Assembly: GCA_963745835.1 (NCBI GenBank)
Contig: CAVUZH010000018.1
Span: 1-64,000, forward strand
DNA from: an uncultured delta proteobacterium
GTDB taxonomy: Bacteria > Desulfobacterota > Binatia > UBA9968
Direction of reading: 5' to 3'
Length of the DNA stretch: 64,000 bases
Of this stretch, positions 19,398 through 29,047 are shown piece by piece (within the stretch, counting starts at the first letter, position 1; every line of letters begins with the position of its first letter). Position numbers and translations under genes: made by a program. The notes beneath the pieces are model-generated. The model had not been told where the DNA came from and made no database searches. It was given only the letters and a program-made list of their open reading frames with translations.

Positions 19398-19792
19398 CTA
19401 ATCACAGCCACCGGCCGTCTGGGTGATTTGTCCGTCCGTGCTGGTAAAAGTCCACGTATCATCGTTTCCGCATCCGGATACATGTGTACCTGTTATATAG
19501 AACGTGTTGGTACCTACGAGTGCACCCAATGCGGTATCATTGCTCTTATTAAAGCCTGTCAGCGTGCCGCTAACGAGAGCACCGCCCTTATAGGTGAACG
19601 CTGTCGTGAAATAAGCCTCTTGGCCGTCGCTGCATTTCTTAGGTCGGCTTTCACTGCCGCTTCATATCCTCTTTTTCGATAAGCCGAAAACTGTGGAATC
19701 GCTATGGCCGCCAATATACCGATGATCGCTACCACGACTAAAAGCTCGATCAGTGTAAAACCAGATTCATTTTGCAAGCGTAACTGCTTCAT
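19398..19792 (-). CDS. pilA: Type IVa major pilin, 131 aa after correcting a -1 frameshift at 19622-19623
   Basis: G|[22 protein letters not shown]; adding one C gives ...[16 protein letters not shown]...[11 protein letters not shown]...AGGCD* with a C-terminal Cys pair. Confidence 0.88.
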
Positions 19793-19930
19793 TGAGTGTT
19801 TTGTTCCTTTCGTACTTCAAATGTTACTTACAACAACTTCCTTCGAAATAGTGTAACCAAGTTGACCGCTGCTTTCGCTCGCATACCTCCTTCGTGCTGT
19901 TTTGACGTTCGAACGTTGAACTCGCCGATG

Positions 19931-19946
19931 AGCAAAAGCAGAGCCA
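19931..19946 (-). promoter_or_regulatory. Sigma54 (-24/-12) promoter of pilA
   Basis: Minus strand TGGCTCTGCTTTTGCT: GG-N10-GC spacing, between the sigma54 activator gene and pilA. Confidence 0.75.
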
Positions 19947-20116
19947 TCTAGGCCTGGCCGGACTGCATCAGAGACCTAGGCAAGGCCTACCACGGAAGTG
20001 CACAGATTTCCGGATAATCATCCAAAACGGAATCAAGGGTTGAGCGAGCAGGCAATTAGGAGCAGGCGGATTTCGGGATTATGTAAGTTTGCCGGGCGCC
20101 AGAGTGACAAAAATTG

Positions 20117-22165
20117 TTACTGCTGTTCCGTAAACTCGACCGGTAGCGAATCTCCTTTGCTGCCTGACATACCGTACTTCTCGAGTCTGTGACGGAGTGA
20201 CCGGTAGTTGATGCCCAGAATTTCAGCCGCTCGCTTCTGAACGCCATTGGCTCTTTTAAGCGCACCAAGGAGAATGGACCTCTCATGAGTTTCCAATTCG
20301 GCGTCTAACGACAAGCCCTTCTCGAAAAACACCTTGGCTTCGTCAGATACATTTGTTTCGATGACGGGGCGCTCTTCTGCAAGAGAATTCGCATTAATGT
20401 ACGCCGGTAAATCATCATCCGTCAGAATATTTTTATTGGTCACAGTTACGGCATGTTCGATAATATTCTCCAGCTCTCTAACGTTTCCGGGATAATGATG
20501 AGTCAATAGGTGCATCAGGGCGGTACTGGAAATTTCTTCAATCTTCTTGGCATGCAGGCACGCAAACTTGCGCATGAAATGATGGGCGAGCAAAGCAATA
20601 TCTTCTCTTCGGTCGCGCAGGGCGGGTATAGCCAGTTGCACAACATTCAGGCGATAATAAAGGTCTTCACGAAAACGCCCTTCTTCCATTTCCCGCCTCA
20701 AATTGCGATTCGTCGCGGCAATGAAACGCACATCGACTTTAATCGGTTTGTTGCCGCCAACAGGCGTAAAGATCGTCTCCTGCAATACCCTTAGCAGTTT
20801 GACTTGCAAGTGAACCGGCAACTCGGCTACCTCATCAAGAAAAATGGTCCCTTGATCTGCCTGTTTGAAAAGCCCCGGATGGTCGGCAATTGCCCCTGTA
20901 AACGCACCTCGGACGTGCCCGAAGAGTTCGCTTTCGATAAGACCTTCGGGTATCGCACCGCAGTTCACTGCGATAAACGGTTTTGCTTTTCTGGGTCCAT
21001 TAACGTGAATCGCGCGCGCTACTAATTCTTTGCCGGTTCCGCTTTCGCCGGTAATCAATACATTAGTTCGCGTAAGAGCTACTTTCCTGATCAGCTGGTG
21101 AATAGTTTCAATTCCTACGCCTTTACCGATGACACCATCGAACTGAAACTCCTCTTGCGAGCTCCCTAGCGGCAGTTGCTGCAAATTGAACTCACGCGCT
21201 CGCCGTAGTTCCTCTTCAACCCTGACCTTCTCTTCGAATTGTTTTTGTCTCGTGATGTCTTCGAATATGGAAACGTATCCCATACACTCTTCGTTAGAGT
21301 TGATTAGCGAGGCTAAACTGAGGCGGATATTTTTCTGGCCTTCTTCAGGAGTAGCAAAAACTATTTCTTCTAAAACAATATGCGGGCTCGGTTGTGGTTT
21401 GTCGAAGTTCCACCGGAGGCTTGGAAAAACTTCGTCGAGTCGCTTGCCGATCACCGCCGGTTCACTCAAGGAGGTAAGATTCTGCGCCTGGAGATTGAAG
21501 TAGTTGATTCTTCCTTTACCGTCGGTGATTGCCACGCCACTAGCCATCCCTTGCATCAACGCTTCCTTCAGCGCATCTAGTTCCTGGTAATCATTTTTTT
21601 TCTCTTCCAGTAATTTTTCCGTCTCACCAAGCTTATTCGCTAAAAAACCGCTCAAGGCAGCAATGACAAAGAAACTGCCGATATTCAGAATCACAGGTAT
21701 TAACGAAGCCGATGACATAGGAAGTCCGCTATTCTGGCTAAAGTAACTGACCCAGATCAAAAGGGCTGCATAGCATAAACTAGAAAACCCCGCCGTGAAA
21801 AACGCGCCGCGGTAAAATAGCAATATGGCTGCATTCATCACCGCTAGGTTATAGAGGAAGGAGAACGGGCTGGCAGCATCACCGGTAATCCAGATGATGC
21901 CGGTAATCAGAATTACGTCAAATCCAATCTGAGCATGAGCAAACGATCGAAGATGACGAACTCGTGGCAGGAGCAGAAACGAGCCAATAGAGATTCCATA
22001 AGCAACTAAAAGGGGTGTAAGTATGATGAAGAAAAACCGCGGGCTGCCTTCCGCTTGAAAGAAGTTGAACAGGGCTGTCGCGGCTAAAAAGAACGTTAGG
22101 ATGGCTAGTCGAAGGATAAGCAGCCATCTTATCTTTTCAGTCAAACTTTTATTATCGCCAGTCAA
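20117..22165 (-). CDS. Membrane-anchored sigma54 activator: PilS-like TM sensor + PAS fused to PilR-like AAA+/HTH
   Basis: WLLILRL/SPFSFLY PilS-type TM region; PAS; GESGTGKE, GAFTGA, FLDEV, FREDLYYRL, PGNVREL; Fis HTH; no HisKA, HATPase or REC. Confidence 0.85.
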   Translation of the reverse strand: MTGDNKSLTEKIRWLLILRLAILTFFLAATALFNFFQAEGSPRFFFIILTPLLVAYGISIGSFLLLPRVRHLRSFAHAQIGFDVILITGIIWITGDAASPFSFLYNLAVMNAAILLFYRGAFFTAGFSSLCYAALLIWVSYFSQNSGLPMSSASLIPVILNIGSFFVIAALSGFLANKLGETEKLLEEKKNDYQELDALKEALMQGMASGVAITDGKGRINYFNLQAQNLTSLSEPAVIGKRLDEVFPSLRWNFDKPQPSPHIVLEEIVFATPEEGQKNIRLSLASLINSNEECMGYVSIFEDITRQKQFEEKVRVEEELRRAREFNLQQLPLGSSQEEFQFDGVIGKGVGIETIHQLIRKVALTRTNVLITGESGTGKELVARAIHVNGPRKAKPFIAVNCGAIPEGLIESELFGHVRGAFTGAIADHPGLFKQADQGTIFLDEVAELPVHLQVKLLRVLQETIFTPVGGNKPIKVDVRFIAATNRNLRREMEEGRFREDLYYRLNVVQLAIPALRDRREDIALLAHHFMRKFACLHAKKIEEISSTALMHLLTHHYPGNVRELENIIEHAVTVTNKNILTDDDLPAYINANSLAEERPVIETNVSDEAKVFFEKGLSLDAELETHERSILLGALKRANGVQKRAAEILGINYRSLRHRLEKYGMSGSKGDSLPVEFTEQQ

Positions 22166-22225
22166 ATAGAAGTTCAGATGGATCTCAGGTGGGTTGACCT
22201 TGTTGAAAGTCGGGCTGATCCACGA

Positions 22226-23443
22226 CTAAACCAAGGATCCCATCTGGAAGATAGGTAGATACATGGAAATGACCAATGCGCCGAGAATCACGCCCAGTAC
22301 AACCATGATCAATGGCTCCATGAGCGCGGTCAAATTAGCGACGGCGTCATCAACTTCTTCCTCATACAGTTCGCCGACCTTTTTCAGCATGCCGTCAAGG
22401 CCACCGGTGCTCTCGCCTACAGCCACCATCTGACAAACCATTGGGGGGAAAATTTTGCTATCTCGCAACGGTTCCGCGACAGTTTTACCCTGACTGATAC
22501 TTAGACGGCTATCCATAATCGCCTTCTCAACCACTTTGTTGCCGGCTGTTCTAGCTGTAATCGCTAAGCCATCGAGAATGGGCACGCCGGAACTTAGGAG
22601 AATAGACATATTTTGCGAGAATCGCGCCACGGCAACTTTCCGCAAGAGATCGCCGAAAATCGGCATTCGGAGCAGTATTCCGTCAATGTGCATTCTGCCG
22701 TGCGGTGTCTGATAATAGAATCGCAGGCTGCCGACGACGGCCGCCGTTCCGAAAATCATGTAGAGCCAGTACGCAATGAACCAATTACTGAGATTGATGG
22801 CGATTTGTGTCGGGACCGGCAGCGCCTTTCCCATACTGGTGAACAGTTCAGCAAAAACCGGGATCACGAAAATCAATAATACCGCCACTACGATGATCGC
22901 CACCGCCAGAATTGAACATGGATAGATCATCGCGCCTTTAACTTTCTTCTTCAGCTTGGTGGCTTTTTCGATGAACAGAGCGATTCGGTTCAGGATGGTG
23001 TTTAGAACACCGCCGGCTTCGCCAGCTTCCACCATATTGACATAAAGGTCGTCAAAAACTTTGGGATACTTCTTAAGAGAAGCTGCCAAAGTCAAACCTC
23101 CCTCAACATCCTGCCTAATTCCGCGAATGGTATTGCGGAGCAATTTACTAGCTGATTGCTCGCTAAGGATGTCCAAGCACTGCACAATCGGCAAACCCGC
23201 ATCGATCATCGTGGCAAATTGACGGGTGAATAAAGACACGTCCTTAGGTTTTACTTTCTCACCAAAGCCGGGGATGCTAATTTCTTTGTCGAGACCCTGC
23301 CCCTTTTGCCGTATTCGGTTCGGAATCGGCCGGATCCGCCGTTCCCGTAAAGCCGAAAGTACGGCCTCGAGGTTGGGAGCTTCGAGATCCCCCTTCATGA
23401 GCCTTCCTTGAGCGGTTTTTCCTTCCCACAGAAATGTCGGCAT
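22226..23443 (-). CDS. pilC: Type IV pilus platform protein PilC
   Basis: FTRQFATMIDAGLP, GEAGG, KVKGAMIYP, LMEP..., MYLPIF. Confidence 0.95.
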   Translation of the reverse strand: MPTFLWEGKTAQGRLMKGDLEAPNLEAVLSALRERRIRPIPNRIRQKGQGLDKEISIPGFGEKVKPKDVSLFTRQFATMIDAGLPIVQCLDILSEQSASKLLRNTIRGIRQDVEGGLTLAASLKKYPKVFDDLYVNMVEAGEAGGVLNTILNRIALFIEKATKLKKKVKGAMIYPCSILAVAIIVVAVLLIFVIPVFAELFTSMGKALPVPTQIAINLSNWFIAYWLYMIFGTAAVVGSLRFYYQTPHGRMHIDGILLRMPIFGDLLRKVAVARFSQNMSILLSSGVPILDGLAITARTAGNKVVEKAIMDSRLSISQGKTVAEPLRDSKIFPPMVCQMVAVGESTGGLDGMLKKVGELYEEEVDDAVANLTALMEPLIMVVLGVILGALVISMYLPIFQMGSLV

Positions 23444-23517
23444 GGGTTGTTGATCCTTCGCTACTTTTGGTTGCGCTTCAAACCCATCTGAATTCTACGG
23501 ACACACGAAGCGTGCTG

Positions 23518-25245
23518 TTAGAATCCCAATGAAAAAACTGACCCGAAGCCCTTGTCTGTGTCGGTAACCCGGATAGTCTCCTCTATTGTTGTGTAACCGT
23601 CCCGAACCTTCTGCAGGGCGCTCATACGAAGCGTACTCATACCTACCTTAACGGCCTCTCTCTTTAGATCCGCAGCCGAAGCAGATTTCAGAATCAATTC
23701 TTTGAGACCTTCATGCATGACGAGGATTTCGTAAATTGCGAGTCGGCCTCTATACCCGGTCTCGTTGCAGTTATTACAGCCTCGCCCGCGAAAAGTTGGA
23801 AACCCTCCAGCAGCCTCGGACGCATCTACACCTAAATTAATCAAAGCCTCAGGCGCGACCTCGATCGGTTCTTTGCACTTATCGCAGATACGCCGCACCA
23901 AGCGCTGCGCTGCAATTAAGTTGATTGATGAAGTCAGTAGAAACGGCTCCACGCCCATATTGATAAGACGATCAATTGTCGATGGAGCATCGTTAGTATG
24001 CAAGGTGCTCAGGACAAGATGACCTGTCAGAGCCGCTTTAACCGCAATCTGCGCAGTCTCAAGATCACGAATCTCACCGACCATGATAATATCCGGGTCC
24101 TGCCGTAGAAAAGAGCGAAGACATGAAGCGAAGTTCAGTCCTATCTGTTCTCTCACCTGAACTTGGTTGATACCTACAAGGTTATATTCAACCGGATCCT
24201 CAGCAGTTGAAATATTCACATCGGCTTTGTTCAATTCGGAAAGTGCCGAATAGAGAGTAGTCGACTTACCGCTGCCTGTCGGGCCCGTTATAAGGATCAT
24301 CCCGAATGGTTTGTGGATGGCTTCCTGAAAATCTTTCAGTGTCTGAGGATCGAAGCCAAGCTTCGCCATATCGAGCTGGAGATTGGATTTGTCAAGCAAC
24401 CGCATCACGACTTTTTCGCCGAAGAGAGTTGGCAAAACCGACACACGGATGTCTAGCTCGCCGCCAATACCCATTTTTAGCTTGATACGGCCGTCCTGCG
24501 TAAGTCGCCGTTCGGCGATGTCGAGCCCGGCCATCACCTTCAGGCGAGAAACTAGAGGATTTTTGAGCCGGAGCGGCGGACTCATTATCTCTTGCAGCAC
24601 ACCATCGATACGGAATCTCACACGGAAAAGTTTTTCGTAGGGCTCAATGTGAATGTCACTCGCTCTGCGTTTTGCCGCGTCTGCTAAGATGGCGTTGACC
24701 AGAGTAACTACTGGTGCTTCCATCGTAGCCTGTTGAAGCTCTTGAAGGTTGACATCATCCTGCTCGAGGATGAGCTCCATGTCACTATCGCCGAATTTTT
24801 TTAGAACGTCGTCGTAACTGATTCCGCCAAATCGGTGGTCTAAAGTTTTCTTGATGGCGGACGGCGATGCTAGTACGACTCTCACCCCGTAGCCGGTGAT
24901 GAATTTGATCTCATTGATCGCTATCAAATCCGTTGGGTCTGCCATAGCAACGGTGAGAATTGAGCCGGTGAGCTTGGTTGGAACTAGCTGGTGTTTCTGA
25001 GTAAGCTGCGGCGGTACCAAACTAAAAACCGACTCCTCAATCTCCTCCGGAGTCAGCTCGATCTTTTCGATGCCAAACTGTTTGGCGAGGAATTCGGTAA
25101 GTGTCTGTTCTGTCGTAAATCCGAGTTGAATAAGCTCTTTCATGACGGACGAACCGCTGTCACGTCCTTTTTGCTGGGCCTTGTTCAGTTGGTCGCGTGA
25201 AACAACCCCCCCTCTAACCAACAATTCTGCTACCCTCGGTTCCAT
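23518..25245 (-). CDS. pilB: Type IV pilus assembly ATPase PilB
   Basis: ASDIHIEP, GPTGSGKSTT, LRQDPD, STLHTND, Cys zinc motifs. Confidence 0.95.
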   Translation of the reverse strand: MEPRVAELLVRGGVVSRDQLNKAQQKGRDSGSSVMKELIQLGFTTEQTLTEFLAKQFGIEKIELTPEEIEESVFSLVPPQLTQKHQLVPTKLTGSILTVAMADPTDLIAINEIKFITGYGVRVVLASPSAIKKTLDHRFGGISYDDVLKKFGDSDMELILEQDDVNLQELQQATMEAPVVTLVNAILADAAKRRASDIHIEPYEKLFRVRFRIDGVLQEIMSPPLRLKNPLVSRLKVMAGLDIAERRLTQDGRIKLKMGIGGELDIRVSVLPTLFGEKVVMRLLDKSNLQLDMAKLGFDPQTLKDFQEAIHKPFGMILITGPTGSGKSTTLYSALSELNKADVNISTAEDPVEYNLVGINQVQVREQIGLNFASCLRSFLRQDPDIIMVGEIRDLETAQIAVKAALTGHLVLSTLHTNDAPSTIDRLINMGVEPFLLTSSINLIAAQRLVRRICDKCKEPIEVAPEALINLGVDASEAAGGFPTFRGRGCNNCNETGYRGRLAIYEILVMHEGLKELILKSASAADLKREAVKVGMSTLRMSALQKVRDGYTTIEETIRVTDTDKGFGSVFSLGF

Positions 25246-25275
25246 AGATCACTTAAACGAATTTCGGCTCGTGAA

Positions 25276-25304
25276 ATTATGGTGAATAAATACAGACCTG
25301 TCAA
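25276..25304 (-). promoter_or_regulatory. Putative sigma70 promoter of pilB
   Basis: Minus strand TTGACA-N17-CATAAT. Confidence 0.55.
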
Positions 25305-25365
25305 TAAAACTTCTCCTGAGGAGAGTGGCCGGACCTGGAGTAAATTACCGGCTAAATGTGTGAAA

Positions 25366-28083
25366 TTACGTACTTTGTAATAGGGACGCTTGGGCAGCGG
25401 CTAGTTTTGCGACAGCAATACGGTAGGGCGAACAGCTGACATAGTCCAAACCGATTCGATGGCAAAAATGGATCGACTTAGGATCACCACCATGTTCCCC
25501 ACATATTCCTATTTCAAGGTTTTTGCGTGCTCTTCGCCCTTTGCCCACGGCAATCTTCATCAAAGCCCCGACACCCTCCTGATCCACGGTGACAAAGGGA
25601 TCTTCCGGCAGAAGGCCATCAAGCACATAGGTGGGCAAGAATTTTCCGGCATCGTCTCGGGAAAGGCCTAGGCACGTCTGTGTAAGATCATTGGTGCCAA
25701 AAGAAAAAAATTCCGCTTCCTGTGCGATCTCGTCCGCCACCAAGCATGCCCGCGGCAACTCGATCATAGTTCCGATCAGAAAGCGGACTTTGACGCCGTA
25801 GACCTTCATCGTTTCCGCGGCGACATTTTGAACGATGTTCTTTTGCGCCGCGAATTCTTCGCGTGACCCAACAAGCGGGATCATTACCTCAGGAAAAGGT
25901 TTCTTTCCTTCTTGACGTAATTCGCACGCCGCTTCGAATATCGCGCGGGCTTGCATTTCGGTGATCTCAGGATATGAAATTCCCAATCGGCAGCCCCGAT
26001 GCCCGAGCATGGGGTTAAACTCTTGAAGGACTTTGACCTTGTCTCGTAGAGCTTCCAGCGGCACGCTCATAACCTGCGCCAACTCAGCAATTTCTTCCTC
26101 TCGGCTAGGCAGAAATTCATGGAGCGGCGGGTCGAGTGTCCGAATAGCGACAGGCAACTCTCCCATGATTGCCAAGATTGCTTTAAAATCCTGCTTTTGC
26201 ATCGGCAAAAGCTTAGCCAATGCCCTTCGGCGTCCGGCTTCATCATCCGCCAGGATCATCTCGCGCACGGCTTGAATCCGATCACCCTGAAAAAACATGT
26301 GCTCGGTTCGGCACAAGCCGATTCCTTCAGCTCCGAAAGCCCGCGCAACCTCGGCTTGATCCGGCTGGTCGGTATTAGTTCGCACGCCCAACCTGCGAAT
26401 TTCGTCTGCCCACTTCATAAGCTTTGCGTACTCGCGGTACAAGGAAGATTTGCTAGGAGACAACGTCTTTTCCAAGAGCACTTGAAGAACTTCCGACGGA
26501 CGAGTTTGAACCTCACCTTTGATGACTTCGCCAGTGCTGCCATCAACTGAAATCCAATCTCCTTCCTTTAGAACTGTTCCATTTACTCGCATCACTCGCG
26601 CCGCATAATCAATGTGCAGAGCTTCGCAACCGGCAACGCACACTTTGCCCATCTGGCGTGCCACTAAAGCGGCGTGCGATGTCATACCACCTCGCGCGGT
26701 CAGGATTCCCTCCGCCGCCTCCATGCCCCGTATGTCATCGGGGCTTGTTTCGATCCGACAGAGAACGATGCGCTTGCCGTTTTTTTTCCACTCTACGGCA
26801 TCCTCCGCATGAAAGACTATGCGTCCGCTAGCGGCGCCTGGTCCCGCAGGTAAACCCTTCACGAGAATGCGATGTTCTACGGCCGCCCGCTGCTTCTCCT
26901 GGCTATCAAAGATTGGACGAAGAAGCTGATTCAAATGATCGGCCTCAATTCTGAGCAAAGCGTCCTTTTTGGTAATGATCTTCTCTTTCACCATATCAAC
27001 TGCAACTCGGAGAGCAGCAAATCCCGTGCGTTTAGCGGATCGAGTTTGAAGCATCCACAAGGTATTATCTTCAATGGTAAATTCGATGTCCTGCATGTCA
27101 CGGTAATGCTTCTCAAGTCTTCTACATACTTTCTGTAGTTGCGCATAGGGTCGGGGCATCGCACTTTTTAGCTCGCCGATGGTTCGTGGCGTTCGGATGC
27201 CGGCGACAACGTCTTCACCCTGTGCGTTAACCAAGAATTCCCCATAAAACTCTTTCTCTCCCGTAGAAGGATTCCTCGTGAAGGCAACCCCGGTGGCGCA
27301 AGCCTCTCCGAGATTGCCAAAAACCATCGCCTGAACATTCACCGCGGTGCCCCACTCACTCGGAATGCGATAAAGTTCACGGTATGCAACGGCTCGGTCG
27401 TTATTCCAGGACCCGAACACCGCGCCTATGGCTCCCCAGAGTTGCGCGACAGGGTCGTCCGGAAAATCTTTCCCAGTATTCGATTTGACCGCTGCCTTGT
27501 ATCTGTCGACGATCTCCTTCAGATCATCGGTGGTCAATTCAGAGTCAGAGTGGAAGCCGTGACTGCGTTTCTTTTCTTCGATAATTTGCTCGAAAGGATC
27601 TGCCTGCGCATTATCTCGGGGCTTCACCCCAAGTACCACGTCCGAATACATCTGTACGAACCGTCGATAGGTATCATAGGCAAATCGTGGATCTTGAGTC
27701 TGACGAATGAGGCCTTGCAGTGTTTGATCATTGAGTCCCAAGTTCAACACCGTATCCATCATACCCGGCATTGACTCTCTTGCCCCAGAACGAACCGAGA
27801 CTAACAACGGGTCATTAACATCTCCAAAGCGCTTGCCAAGTTGTTTCTCTACACGCTTAAGCGCCAGGCTTACATCGATTTCCAGGCTTTTAGGATAACC
27901 GCCCCGCGCGTAATAGTACCTACAAACGTCAGTGGTAATCGTGAATCCCGGGGGCACCGGGACTCCGATACGCGTCATCTCGTGTAAACCAGCGCCTTTG
28001 CCACCGAGCAAGTCGCGCATCGCTGCTTTACCTTCAGCCTTTCCGCCGCCGAAGAAGTAAACAAATTTAATTGTTTTGGGCAT
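25366..28083 (-). CDS. ppdK: Pyruvate, phosphate dikinase
   Basis: [21 protein letters not shown] phospho-His, GICGEHGG. Confidence 0.97.
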   Translation of the reverse strand: MPKTIKFVYFFGGGKAEGKAAMRDLLGGKGAGLHEMTRIGVPVPPGFTITTDVCRYYYARGGYPKSLEIDVSLALKRVEKQLGKRFGDVNDPLLVSVRSGARESMPGMMDTVLNLGLNDQTLQGLIRQTQDPRFAYDTYRRFVQMYSDVVLGVKPRDNAQADPFEQIIEEKKRSHGFHSDSELTTDDLKEIVDRYKAAVKSNTGKDFPDDPVAQLWGAIGAVFGSWNNDRAVAYRELYRIPSEWGTAVNVQAMVFGNLGEACATGVAFTRNPSTGEKEFYGEFLVNAQGEDVVAGIRTPRTIGELKSAMPRPYAQLQKVCRRLEKHYRDMQDIEFTIEDNTLWMLQTRSAKRTGFAALRVAVDMVKEKIITKKDALLRIEADHLNQLLRPIFDSQEKQRAAVEHRILVKGLPAGPGAASGRIVFHAEDAVEWKKNGKRIVLCRIETSPDDIRGMEAAEGILTARGGMTSHAALVARQMGKVCVAGCEALHIDYAARVMRVNGTVLKEGDWISVDGSTGEVIKGEVQTRPSEVLQVLLEKTLSPSKSSLYREYAKLMKWADEIRRLGVRTNTDQPDQAEVARAFGAEGIGLCRTEHMFFQGDRIQAVREMILADDEAGRRRALAKLLPMQKQDFKAILAIMGELPVAIRTLDPPLHEFLPSREEEIAELAQVMSVPLEALRDKVKVLQEFNPMLGHRGCRLGISYPEITEMQARAIFEAACELRQEGKKPFPEVMIPLVGSREEFAAQKNIVQNVAAETMKVYGVKVRFLIGTMIELPRACLVADEIAQEAEFFSFGTNDLTQTCLGLSRDDAGKFLPTYVLDGLLPEDPFVTVDQEGVGALMKIAVGKGRRARKNLEIGICGEHGGDPKSIHFCHRIGLDYVSCSPYRIAVAKLAAAQASLLQST

Positions 28084-28130
28084 AGCAATAACCTCGTTGT
28101 GCATCAAAATCGTTCAGTAGTGGGCGATCA

Positions 28131-28904
28131 TCAGGAGCAAAACTGATTGAGGAAGGAAGCCGACTTGATTTCTCTATTAAGCTGAAATTGTATAAATCGC
28201 ACAGTAGCAGACCGAATCTGTTTTAAAACTGTTGGCGAGGGCTTCGGATCTTCAAAAGTTGAATTTGGTTTCTGCTGAAGATTTGTCATCAGATCGAGAG
28301 TTGCAGCCGATATAGGCACGAGTTCCTTTCTGAGCTTGGAACAGCCTGCACAAAGTATCGCACCATCTCGGAGACTGAAATACCAGTGTGTCTGTACTGA
28401 CACGTACGAGAGTGATGGATGCATACCACAGCGGCGGCAACTATCTAGAAATGGCTGATAGCCCGTCAAACTGAGAAGCTTCAATTCGAAGTCAATAAGA
28501 AATGTTATAGATGCTCCTTCACTTTCCAGGCGGTTAAGGCTTCTCTTCAAGTGATCAAAAACTGACCTGTTCTCTTCGCGCTCGCCGATGAGTCCCTCAG
28601 TAATCTCAACGTAATAAGAGGCAAAGGCAATTTTTTCTAGGCTAGCGATTAAATTTTTATAGCTTTTCTGCAATTCGCAGCTGAGAATAAATGCTAGACT
28701 GGTTTTAGATCGGTCCTGGAAATTTAGACTGACGAAGGAGAATGGTTCGAGGGAATTAACGAAGCGCTTCTTCGAACGCTTAGCTCCTTTCGCGATGCCG
28801 GTGAGTTTGCCGTGGCCCTCGGTTAAAAATGAGACAATCTTGTCAGATTCTCCGAAGGGCCAGCTCCGTAACACGATGGCCGAGGTAACATGGCTGGTTT
28901 GCAT
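28131..28904 (-). CDS. recO: DNA repair protein RecO
   Basis: AIVLR...GESDKIV...GIAKGAKRSKKRF; CxxC...CxxC zinc finger. Confidence 0.93.
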   Translation of the reverse strand: MQTSHVTSAIVLRSWPFGESDKIVSFLTEGHGKLTGIAKGAKRSKKRFVNSLEPFSFVSLNFQDRSKTSLAFILSCELQKSYKNLIASLEKIAFASYYVEITEGLIGEREENRSVFDHLKRSLNRLESEGASITFLIDFELKLLSLTGYQPFLDSCRRCGMHPSLSYVSVQTHWYFSLRDGAILCAGCSKLRKELVPISAATLDLMTNLQQKPNSTFEDPKPSPTVLKQIRSATVRFIQFQLNREIKSASFLNQFCS

Positions 28905-28988
28905 GGATCTACGCGTCGAAACTACCTTAACATCGTTTATGACCTTCGACAACTATTCAATAAGTTTAGGCTTTTTGCGTTGACTAGC

Positions 28989-29017
28989 TTGACAAGGTAG
29001 GAACCCGTGATTAGATT
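28989..29017 (+). promoter_or_regulatory. Putative sigma70 promoter of grpE-dnaK-dnaJ
   Basis: TTGACA-N17-TAGATT. Confidence 0.5.
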
Positions 29018-29047
29018 CCGCTGCAGTACTTTGTGGGAGATCTTAGA

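Noticed and set aside
19559-19792. Genuine short Geobacter-style PilA-N with a separate PilA-C
   Set aside because: The tail after NAATA is non-pilin junk and the head domain continues in the shifted frame without its own start; better explained as a frameshift
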